A DNA stretch of 17,757 bases from Myxococcales bacterium. Its GTDB lineage: Bacteria; Myxococcota_A; Polyangia; Polyangiales; Polyangiaceae. The notes below the pieces were generated by a model. It did no database searches, had not been told where the DNA came from, and was given only the letters and a program-made list of their open reading frames with translations. Location: the NCBI GenBank assembly GCA_043747615.1, contig JAYTOU010000059.1:1-17757 (forward strand). Reading direction: 5' to 3'. The position numbers and the translations under genes are program-made. This document shows, piece by piece, positions 7,584 to 15,005 of the stretch (the stretch's first letter is position 1; every line of letters begins with the position of its first letter).

Positions 7584-9115
7584 GGCGTCTCTCCAGAGCC
7601 ATGCTCATCCGCCGCCGGGTCGAAGCTCGGGATCGCCGCGACCGGAGGGATGGCAACGCCCGGCGCCATCGAACCGGGGCCAGGAGCAATGGACACGATC
7701 GAGCTGCGGAGATCTCCCATATCGAATTTCAGTCCTCCGCGGAGTCGCGCGATCAGCTGCACGACGAGCTCGGTCATCACGGCGCCTCCGATGCAGGCCG
7801 TCATCAGCCAAGGCAGGTTGGTCGAGTCGGCAGCCGAGTCGGCCGCCTGGTGCTTGTAGAGCGTCACGTAGCTGACGATCGTCGCGATCGCGATCGGCGA
7901 CTGGGGAGAGAGGGCGAGGCCGAGGGTTGTCGCGTCAGGGAGCTCTGCGGGCCCGATGCGCTTCGCTACATGTGCGCCCAGCAATTTGCCGCTGACGCGC
8001 GCGAGCACGAAGATCGGCATGAGCACCCAGCCTTGCCATGCTGTCGGATCCCACAGAGCGCCGGCCACCAAAAGGAAAATGAGATAGAGCGGGCGCTCGA
8101 CCTGGGTCATGGTCGCCCGGAGACGCGCGAAGTTCTTGTTGGGAAGGTTCGTGAGGAGAGCGCCGGCGATCGCGCAGGTGACGAGAGGCGAAATCCCGAG
8201 GTAGCCGCTCATCCCTGCAGAGAGGGCGATCGCGCCGAGCAAGAGCGCGATTTCTTCGGCGCCGGACTGTGCGCCGCGCACGAGAATGTACGTGAGGATG
8301 CCGAGCGTCCCGCCCATGCCGAGGATCACGAAGAGCCACGCGATGTGCGGAAGGTGCCACGCGGAGACAGCGTCCGTGGGGCGGAAAAAAGCGCAGATCA
8401 GCCCGAGCACGACGACGCCCGTGACGTCGTCGATCCGCGTGACGTATTCGAGAATTTTTGCGCTGACCGATCCCGATCCGCGCGCGATGGCCACGGCAGC
8501 GACGGGCGCGGCCTGGGCGGCGCAGGCTCCGAGCGCGAGCGCATCGCGAAGTGGCGCGCGGCTGGCCGCACCAACCAAGGCTTCCTTCGTGCTCGCGAAG
8601 CTAGAAAACGAGAAGCGGGGATCGAGCGCGACGAGGAGGGCGGAGCAAGCGAGCGCGGTGGTGACGAGTGGTATCGCGCTCTCGGCGGCGACGACGGCGC
8701 CCGTTTTTTCAGGAACGAGATCGAGCTCGCGCACGTCGAACTGCATGCCGACGACGAAGCCGAGCCAGCCGATGCCGAACTCGAGCGCGGGACGAAGATC
8801 GTCGACGACGTTGTCGGTGAGGATGCCGACGCTCGGCAGGCGAAAGATGACGCCCATCGCCAAGAAAGGCAGCCCGCTCGAAAGGAGCACCGTGAGGCCG
8901 AGCCTTCGCTCGATGCGCCGCACGATTGGGTGAGCGGCGGCGATCGCAAGGATGAACGCGAGCGCGAGTCCGAGGACCACGCGGAGCAACCCTGAGTCGT
9001 GAGAAACCGGGAGCGCGACGACCGGCGGCGGGTCGGCGAAGGCGACACAAGGCGCGAGGAGAAACGCCACGAGGGCGAGCCCGAACGCAACTTGCCGTCG
9101 CCCCGCCGTTCGCAT
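7580..9115 (-). CDS. Cation:proton antiporter (CPA2-like), first of tandem pair, with N-terminal signal-like extension and Pro-rich C-tail
   Basis: Multi-TM; GWLGFVVGMQFD, RIDD, ERPLYLIFLLVAGA, RVSGK and LSPQSPIAIA patterns. Confidence 0.88.
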   Translation of the reverse strand: MRTAGRRQVAFGLALVAFLLAPCVAFADPPPVVALPVSHDSGLLRVVLGLALAFILAIAAAHPIVRRIERRLGLTVLLSSGLPFLAMGVIFRLPSVGILTDNVVDDLRPALEFGIGWLGFVVGMQFDVRELDLVPEKTGAVVAAESAIPLVTTALACSALLVALDPRFSFSSFASTKEALVGAASRAPLRDALALGACAAQAAPVAAVAIARGSGSVSAKILEYVTRIDDVTGVVVLGLICAFFRPTDAVSAWHLPHIAWLFVILGMGGTLGILTYILVRGAQSGAEEIALLLGAIALSAGMSGYLGISPLVTCAIAGALLTNLPNKNFARLRATMTQVERPLYLIFLLVAGALWDPTAWQGWVLMPIFVLARVSGKLLGAHVAKRIGPAELPDATTLGLALSPQSPIAIATIVSYVTLYKHQAADSAADSTNLPWLMTACIGGAVMTELVVQLIARLRGGLKFDMGDLRSSIVSIAPGPGSMAPGVAIPPVAAIPSFDPAADEHGSGETP

Positions 9116-9142
9116 GGCGGCGAGTATTGCAGACGAACGCGC

Positions 9143-9658
9143 TTATTGTCGACGCGCTAGCTCGTGGTGCTGCGTGTTTGGCCAGCGGACGAGCCCGTGT
9201 GCCTGCACGGAGGTCATCCAGGGGGGCGTCACGCCGCCGTCGAAGCTACTCCGCGTCGGAATTCCATCGACGACGAACGCGAGTGTCTTCATCGGCCCAG
9301 GGTAGATCCACGCAACCCGACAAGGGAGCGCGTACTCGACCCCCTGCACGGCGTCGGTGCAGCGCACGATGACCTGCGCGCCGACATGAAACGGCGTCGA
9401 GCTCGTCACGACCAAGGCTGCGGCCATCACCGCGCGGATTTCGACGCTAGCGAGGGCGCCTTCTCCAATGACTTGGGCAGGGAGGGATGCGGTCGTCGTG
9501 CTGGCGGCGGCCGCTTCGGGGAGATGCATGTCACCGGTCACCAATTGAAGAAGCGACAGGAGCTCGCGCTGCTCGTCCTGACCGAGCGGCTCACCGAGCG
9601 TGGCGTGGCGGGCTTTCAGCTCCCAAAACCGAACCAAGAAATCGAGCTTCTCAATCAT
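9143..9658 (-). CDS. Hypothetical protein: N-terminal helical hairpin plus PilZ-like beta-barrel lacking canonical c-di-GMP motifs
   Basis: GAGG RBS upstream. C-terminal pattern LPAQV...VEIRAVMAAALVV...PFHVGAQVIV...YALPCRVAW follows PilZ strand spacing. Confidence 0.7.
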   Translation of the reverse strand: MIEKLDFLVRFWELKARHATLGEPLGQDEQRELLSLLQLVTGDMHLPEAAAASTTTASLPAQVIGEGALASVEIRAVMAAALVVTSSTPFHVGAQVIVRCTDAVQGVEYALPCRVAWIYPGPMKTLAFVVDGIPTRSSFDGGVTPPWMTSVQAHGLVRWPNTQHHELARRQ

Positions 9659-9718
9659 GTGGTTCCCTCGTGTAAGTGCCAGAGCACATCGGGGTAAGTT
9701 GCGTTCGCCTAACTAATT

Positions 9719-9735
9719 AGCAGTCTGTGTGCCAG
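9719..9735 (-). promoter_or_regulatory. Sigma54 (-24/-12) promoter for the 9143-9658 gene
   Basis: Minus strand CTGGCACACAGACTGCT = TGGCAC-N5-CTGC with exact GG-N10-GC spacing, ~60 nt upstream of the ATG. Confidence 0.7.
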
Positions 9736-9819
9736 CTTCAGATACGCGCGAGACTGGCTGGAAGTTCTCGAAAGCGAGCCTCTTGGCGGGGGGGAATCGC
9801 CGCCACGTTGCAGGGGTCC

Positions 9820-9891
9820 ATGACCCGCCCGCCATGCCACCTCATCTACGCGGTGGCTGCGGATCTGTGTGCAGCACGTATCTTGCGGTAA
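9820..9891 (+). other. Candidate 23-aa upstream leader ORF MTRPPCHLIYAVAADLCAARILR
   Basis: ATG at 9820 preceded by AGGGG, TAA at 9889-9891, two Cys codons, 55 nt upstream of the cysteine synthase-family gene. Below the ORF-track cutoff. Confidence 0.3.
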
Positions 9892-9946
9892 GGCCGCGTA
9901 ATGTTTATCGCGCGACACACTCTCCCGCAGGTCGACTAGCCTCGAG

Positions 9947-10888
9947 GTGATGATCCACAACGACGTCTTGGGAGCGATCGGGCGCACGCCGCTCGTACGT
10001 CTTCGGCGCGTGATCCCTAACGACTGCGCGGAGGTGATCGCGAAGATCGAAACCTTCGGCCCCGGGGGCAGCGTGAAAGATCGCGCGGCGCTGGCGATGA
10101 TCGTCGACGCGGAAAAGCGGGGGGTGCTCCGACCGGGGGCGATCGTCGTGGAGGCGAGCGCGGGCAACACCGGAGTGGGGCTCGCGGTCGTCTGCGCGGT
10201 GCGCGGTTACCGCTGCGTGATCGTCCTTCCGCAGGGAACCTCGAAGGACAAGCTGTGCGTGCTGGCCGCGCTCGGCGCCGAGATCGTCATGGCGCGCTCC
10301 GACGTCGAGGCGGGCGAGCCCGAGGGATACATCGGACGAGCCGAGGCGCTCGCGAAAGAGCTCGGTGCTTTTCAGCCTGATCAATTCGAGAATCCCGCGA
10401 ACCCCGGATCGCACTATGCGAGCACCGGCCCAGAAATTTTCGAAGGTTGCGACGGGCGCATCGATGCGTTCGTCGCTTGCGTCGGCTCGGGCGGCACGCT
10501 CGGAGGGATCGGTCGCTACCTGAGGCAGCGCGATCCCAACATTCGTATCGTGGGGGCTGCACCCGATCGTGCGGGCTGCGCGGGCGAGTTTGGACACACG
10601 CTCGTCGAAGGGGTGATCGAGGATCTCGGATCGTGCGCGGAGCAAGGCGTGTCGCCCGACGACGTCGTGACTATCCACGATCGCGACGCCATCGCGATGA
10701 CCCTGCGGCTCGCGCGCGAGGAGGGGATCCTCACCGGCGCATCCGCGGGCGTCGCGGTGTGTGCGGCCATTCGACTGGGGCGCGAGCTCGGCCCCACCAA
10801 GCGGGTGGTCACCATCCTCCCCGACACCGGACGCAACTACCTCTCCACCTATTTCTGCGGGGAATGGCGCGCGGCGCGCGGTCTCTGA
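9947..10888 (+). CDS. PLP-dependent cysteine synthase / cystathionine beta-synthase family enzyme
   Basis: IGRTPLV, PGGSVKDR (PLP lysine), EASAGNTG, QFENPAN, GSGGT and ILPDTGRNYLS motifs. Start is GTG 9947 or ATG 9950. Confidence 0.95.
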   Translation: MMIHNDVLGAIGRTPLVRLRRVIPNDCAEVIAKIETFGPGGSVKDRAALAMIVDAEKRGVLRPGAIVVEASAGNTGVGLAVVCAVRGYRCVIVLPQGTSKDKLCVLAALGAEIVMARSDVEAGEPEGYIGRAEALAKELGAFQPDQFENPANPGSHYASTGPEIFEGCDGRIDAFVACVGSGGTLGGIGRYLRQRDPNIRIVGAAPDRAGCAGEFGHTLVEGVIEDLGSCAEQGVSPDDVVTIHDRDAIAMTLRLAREEGILTGASAGVAVCAAIRLGRELGPTKRVVTILPDTGRNYLSTYFCGEWRAARGL

Positions 10889-10926
10889 TCCGGCGCAAGC
10901 AAAAGCCCTGTAGAATGCCGTCCCAG

Positions 10927-11604
10927 ATGCGCGCTCGACTGATTCCGCTGATCGCGGCGATGGCCGTCACTGCCGGGTGCCGCGAGCCGAAGGTGTCGCT
11001 CAACGGCGGCCCCCGCGAGTACGTGGCGTCCGATTATCCCGAAGTGCTTAACCGCTGGACGCGAACGGAAAACTTGGTGCAGGTCTCGGAGCTCGACGAT
11101 CTGCTCACCGTGACGTCGACCTACGAGTCCTGGGATTTTCGCTGGGCCTACGTCATCCGTTACGCGCAGGACTACCGTCTCACGGTCGACCAGCGGCGCG
11201 TGCTCCTCGAGACGACGCTGAACGAGACGCGGGAGACTCATCAGTTTTACGTGGCTCTCTTCGGCGGAAATCGCCGGTGGACGGATCTGACCAAGCCGAA
11301 CAGCGCGTGGATCGTGCGCCTGATCGACGACCAAGGAGACGAGGTCGCGCCGACCAACATCGAGCTCATCAACAAACCTGGCGCGCTCGAGCGATCGTAT
11401 TTTCCGTACACCACCGTGTGGCGTCAGGCCTTTCGCATCAAGTTCGCGCGGGTCACCGACCACAAGCCCACTATACCCGCGAACGCAAAGTGGTTCGGTT
11501 TGCGCTTCGCGGGCGCCGAAGGGTCCGAAGAGCTGCGCTGGAACGTCGAATCTCCGGATGCAAAGGCAAGCGCCTTCGGCGACGGAATCGTCGTCCGCGA
11601 GTAG
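10927..11604 (+). CDS. Lipoprotein of unknown function
   Basis: MRARLIPLIAAMAVTAG-C lipoprotein signal; normal globular composition thereafter. The ORF-track extension to 10447 overlaps the upstream gene and is not protein-like. Alternative ATG at 10915. Confidence 0.85.
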   Translation: MRARLIPLIAAMAVTAGCREPKVSLNGGPREYVASDYPEVLNRWTRTENLVQVSELDDLLTVTSTYESWDFRWAYVIRYAQDYRLTVDQRRVLLETTLNETRETHQFYVALFGGNRRWTDLTKPNSAWIVRLIDDQGDEVAPTNIELINKPGALERSYFPYTTVWRQAFRIKFARVTDHKPTIPANAKWFGLRFAGAEGSEELRWNVESPDAKASAFGDGIVVRE

Positions 11605-11612
11605 CAGCGGAG

Positions 11613-13283
11613 CTACATTCCCGCGAAGATTTCGAGCAGCGGCGGGCAGGTTACGAGCAGCTCCTGAGCCACGTTGCGATTGGCGTGGAGGATCACGACG
11701 CCCTCGCTCGGCGCTCTCGCCGTCATCGGCGCGACGCCTCCGCCGAGGATGGCATCGGCGAAGATGAACTCTCCTGCGCCAACCGAACCGCGCACCTCGT
11801 CGCCGACGACGAGCTCGAGGGTGCCCACGCCCACGAGAAGGAGCCCGGGGACAGCCTTTCCCTGCTCGACGAGGACTTCACCGCCGCTGAGGAAACGCAC
11901 CTGCAGACGCGCCATGAGAGCGTGGCGAAGGGTGGGATCGAGGCGCTCCGCAAGAGGCCCCATGGTGATTCCGACGAGGGCTTGCATGCGATCGGCAGCG
12001 GCGCGGAGATCCTCTTCTACCCAGGGACACGAATTGAACGCAGCGGCGACGGACGCGTCGTCCCACGTGGCGATGATTGCGCTCGGAGACGCTGCCACCA
12101 GGCGAATCGGGAATGAGTCTGCGACCGAGCCGCGGCTCCGGAGGACCGCCCCCGCTTCGATCCGTTCGGCAACGGCGTCGACGATTGTCGCCGCGACGTC
12201 CGCGGAGCCTTCGACGAGAAACGCGAGTGCGAAGCCGGAGATCTCGTCCCCGCGTTCAATCGCGTGCTGCTTCGCCGCTCGCGCGAAATCTTCTCGTGCG
12301 TCGTCGGGGAGATCGGTGAACGCGTCCACCGCCGACAGATCGAGCACGCCAGGCGCGGTCTGGATGACCGCCGGTGGGCCGGGCCTGGTTTCGACGGCCG
12401 GAGGAAGGAACGGTGGCGGTGGTCGGGGCGGCAGCGGCGATGGCGCGCGCGGAGCCGCGGCCATATGTTCACTGACGAGCTCGGCCCCCTTGGGGAGCGG
12501 CATTCTGCGCGGCGGCGGTCGCGGCGCCGGAAGCAGAGGAGGACGCGGCGCGGCATCTTCCGGAGGATTCATCATCGACGCGGTGACCGGCTCGATGGAC
12601 GGAGGCGGCAGCGACTCGACGACGGATACCGGCGGACGCGAAACAGCCCTATTTTCCCCGGTGATCGCTTCGAGTCCGCGCGCGCTCGTGACCACCTGCT
12701 CGTCGTCGTCACCGTCGTCGTTGATGACCGGGGGCCTGGAGGAAACCGCGGGCGCGGGAGCCACGGCCGCCCAATGCGGCTTCGGCTTCACGGCGGTCAC
12801 GGCGTCGATGAAGCCTTCGTCATCGGGCGCTGCCCACGGGTTGAGCATTCCCGCGTGGACCTCCGCGGCGCTCGGCGCGGGCTCCGGGATCGACATATCG
12901 ATGTCGATGCTCTGGGTGCTCGGCCGATCCGAGCTGAGGACAGGCAGCACCATCCGCGCGGCGGGGGGAGCATCCGAAATGGGCTCGGAGAGGAGGTCGT
13001 CGACGCCTCCGGGGCTCTGCGAAATCGACCCGGCCTGCGACGAAGGGCGCTGCTCGGTCCCACTAAAATTTTGGGCGATCCAATCGGAGAGGTCGGCGGC
13101 GTTGCGCGCGAGCGCGAGGGCGCGGTCGTCATCCTCCGCCTCCCCTGCCGCCTGTGCCGCGCGACGGAGCCAGACGACCGCGTCGATGCGTTCGTTACGC
13201 TTCCAAAGTGCGTCGGCGGTCTGAAGCGCCCACGCGACGTCTTCGGCATCGGTATCTACGGCGGGCGGAATCCCCTCGATCAA
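11613..13283 (-). CDS. Protein with N-terminal TPR-like helical domain, long Pro/acidic linker and two C-terminal degenerate cyclic-nucleotide-binding domains
   Basis: C-terminal cNMP-fold patterns (AFTDLPDDAREDFAR...LVEGSADV; LSGGEVLVEQGKAVPGLLLVGVGTLEL...VGAGEFI). Start inferred at TTG 13283 because the upstream part of the 909-aa ORF overlaps the propeller gene. Confidence 0.8.
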   Translation of the reverse strand: MIEGIPPAVDTDAEDVAWALQTADALWKRNERIDAVVWLRRAAQAAGEAEDDDRALALARNAADLSDWIAQNFSGTEQRPSSQAGSISQSPGGVDDLLSEPISDAPPAARMVLPVLSSDRPSTQSIDIDMSIPEPAPSAAEVHAGMLNPWAAPDDEGFIDAVTAVKPKPHWAAVAPAPAVSSRPPVINDDGDDDEQVVTSARGLEAITGENRAVSRPPVSVVESLPPPSIEPVTASMMNPPEDAAPRPPLLPAPRPPPRRMPLPKGAELVSEHMAAAPRAPSPLPPRPPPPFLPPAVETRPGPPAVIQTAPGVLDLSAVDAFTDLPDDAREDFARAAKQHAIERGDEISGFALAFLVEGSADVAATIVDAVAERIEAGAVLRSRGSVADSFPIRLVAASPSAIIATWDDASVAAAFNSCPWVEEDLRAAADRMQALVGITMGPLAERLDPTLRHALMARLQVRFLSGGEVLVEQGKAVPGLLLVGVGTLELVVGDEVRGSVGAGEFIFADAILGGGVAPMTARAPSEGVVILHANRNVAQELLVTCPPLLEIFAGM

Positions 13284-13329
13284 GCGTATTTCTATACTCG
13301 ATTCGCCAGCGTTCCGGGAGTTCGTGTGC

Positions 13330-14580
13330 TCAGGGCGAAAGTAAGTAGACGCTTCCGTCGTCCGACGGAACCACGAGCGAGCCATCCCGCAGGAGGGTAA
13401 ACGGTGCGTCCACGTCTCCCTCGGTGACGAAGCGCCACTGGGTTTTTCCCGTGCGATCGACCGAATAAGCTGCGTCGTCTTGAGCCCCGAAGTAAAGGGT
13501 GCCCTCGTCGTCCTCGAGCGCGCCGCCGTGGAGCCCGAACTCCTTCGCGCCCGTGCCCTGGACGGAAAAAGAGCCGCGGACGACGCCGTCCGAAGCGGAG
13601 ATCCGGACCTCACGCGGGGTCGGCCCATAGACGCCGGCGAGGACGTCGCCGTCGCGGCCGACCGAGAGCGCGCCGCGAGCGAAGCCCCCCACCATGGCGC
13701 GCCACACGATCTCCCCCTTCGCGCCGATGCGCACGACCTCTCCCTGCGGAGCGTCGCTGCCGAAGAAGAAGGCGCCGTCGTCGCCGATGGCGGGAGCGCA
13801 GTCGACGTCGGCACCGAGGTCCGTCCGCCACAGAAGTGTGCCTGCGGGGGAGAGCGCGTAGGCACCGTGGTCTTGCGCGCCAAAGAGCACCGTGCCGTCG
13901 TCGGCAATGGCAGGCGCGCCAAAAATTTTTCCCTTGGCCTGGAAGCGCCACGCGACGTCTCCGCCCGAGCGAACGGCATAGATCCGGCGTCCGGCGGCAA
14001 AGATGATTTTCCCGTCCCCAGCGATGACCGCAGAGGTGTCCGCGTCGGCGTCCGTCTCGAGCTTCCACTGGACGACGCCGCTCGAAGAGATCGCCGAGAA
14101 AAATTTTGCGTCGCTGCCGACGTAGATCGTCCCATCGGAAGCCACCGCTGGCGTTCCGTAAATGCGATCGCCGAGCGCCACGCTCCAGCGCTTTTGCCCG
14201 TCGCGGCCGAGCGCTGTGAGCGTCCCGTCGAGCGACGCCACGTAGAGCGTCTTCTCGTCGGGCGCGGTGACCACCTGGGCTTCGATCGGGCCACCCGCGG
14301 CGTACTTCCAGGCGACGTGGGCCTCGCGTGGCCCGCGGCCATGTGCGCGATGGGTGTGGCGGCGATCGCCGTGAAGCATGCGCGCTGGGTACGGGCTCAC
14401 GCCGCCATCTTCGTCCGACAGCGGAGCGGCGCCGAGATCGGAAACGTGCGCGGGGCCTGCAAGTGCGGCGCTCGGCTCCGTCACGGATGGCGCCGACGGG
14501 CCTCGCCGGAGGCGGAAAGCAGTGAGTACCGTCGCAAGCGCGAAGAGCACGGCGATCGGTACAGCTCTAAGGCGATGCAT
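13330..14580 (-). CDS. PQQ-binding-like (BamB-like) beta-propeller repeat protein with N-terminal membrane anchor or signal
   Basis: About eight repeats of PAI-x-DG-xx-YVGSxD-xxxYAL-xx-G-xxx-W; MLHGDRRHT pre-propeller motif; AGGA RBS. Confidence 0.9.
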   Translation of the reverse strand: MHRLRAVPIAVLFALATVLTAFRLRRGPSAPSVTEPSAALAGPAHVSDLGAAPLSDEDGGVSPYPARMLHGDRRHTHRAHGRGPREAHVAWKYAAGGPIEAQVVTAPDEKTLYVASLDGTLTALGRDGQKRWSVALGDRIYGTPAVASDGTIYVGSDAKFFSAISSSGVVQWKLETDADADTSAVIAGDGKIIFAAGRRIYAVRSGGDVAWRFQAKGKIFGAPAIADDGTVLFGAQDHGAYALSPAGTLLWRTDLGADVDCAPAIGDDGAFFFGSDAPQGEVVRIGAKGEIVWRAMVGGFARGALSVGRDGDVLAGVYGPTPREVRISASDGVVRGSFSVQGTGAKEFGLHGGALEDDEGTLYFGAQDDAAYSVDRTGKTQWRFVTEGDVDAPFTLLRDGSLVVPSDDGSVYLLSP

Positions 14581-14607
14581 GTCCTGGTGAGGCCCGGATC
14601 GCGGTGG

Positions 14608-14820
14608 TTAGCGGACCTTCCGGCGGGCGGCTTGAAGCCTGCGCTCCGATTCGCGCGCCTCGGCAACGCCAAGCGCATGCGGCTGTTCCCCCGGCATTCG
14701 CCGAGCGAGCCATCCGATGAGGGTGAGCCCTGCGGTCCGAGTGGCCTCGGGCATCATTGGCTCGCGGATCACGCGTGAGATCTCGTTGATCAACTTTGCC
14801 CGATCGCTCTCGTCTGCCAC
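14608..14820 (-). CDS. Small helical protein, 70 aa (MADESDRAKLINEISRVIRE...)
   Basis: Strong GGAGG 7 nt before the GTG at 14820; amphipathic helical sequence; fills the gap between ftsK and the propeller gene. Confidence 0.75.
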   Translation of the reverse strand: MADESDRAKLINEISRVIREPMMPEATRTAGLTLIGWLARRMPGEQPHALGVAEARESERRLQAARRKVR

Positions 14821-14926
14821 CGCCGAACCTCCAACCTCAAAACCTGCTTGGGCGCGCGCCGCACTACTACGTCCCATCTCGGGTGATCCTTCCGGGGAGC
14901 TCGACCCCTACCTAAAGCGCGAAGTG

Positions 14927-14955
14927 AGTCTAGCTACTTATTGTCGCCGGTCGAA
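14927..14955 (-). promoter_or_regulatory. Possible sigma70-type promoter for the small-protein gene
   Basis: TTCGAC (14955-14950), 17-bp spacer, TAGACT (14932-14927) in an AT-richer intergenic patch. Confidence 0.45.
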
Positions 14956-15005
14956 TCCAGCTCGGAATTAGCGAAAAAGCTCGCTTCGTCGCCTCTCGTA
15001 GTTTT

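Noticed and set aside
9475..9482. KOPS-like GGGCAGGG in a window containing ftsK
   Set aside because: Single noticed occurrence inside a CDS, expected by chance at this GC content; the KOPS motif of this lineage is unknown to me.
9872..9886. Sigma54-like CAGCACGTATCTTGC on the plus strand upstream of the cysteine synthase-family gene
   Set aside because: Good GCACG and TTGC, but the near-invariant -24 GG is AG. If it were functional it would argue against the leader-peptide idea.
9760..9946. SAM or other riboswitch upstream of the sulfur enzyme
   Set aside because: Hairpins are present, but I could not find SAM-I/IV core elements (AUC..GAG, GCAAC, kink-turn). An Rfam scan would settle it.
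10447..10926. N-terminal extension of the lipoprotein ORF
   Set aside because: Alternate frame of the cysteine synthase-family gene; the signal peptide begins at 10927 (or 10915).
13284..14342. N-terminal 353 aa of the 909-aa ORF, suggesting a giant or frameshifted fusion
   Set aside because: Arg/Ser-rich alternate-frame read of the intact propeller gene, which has its own stop at 13330; no slippery site seen.
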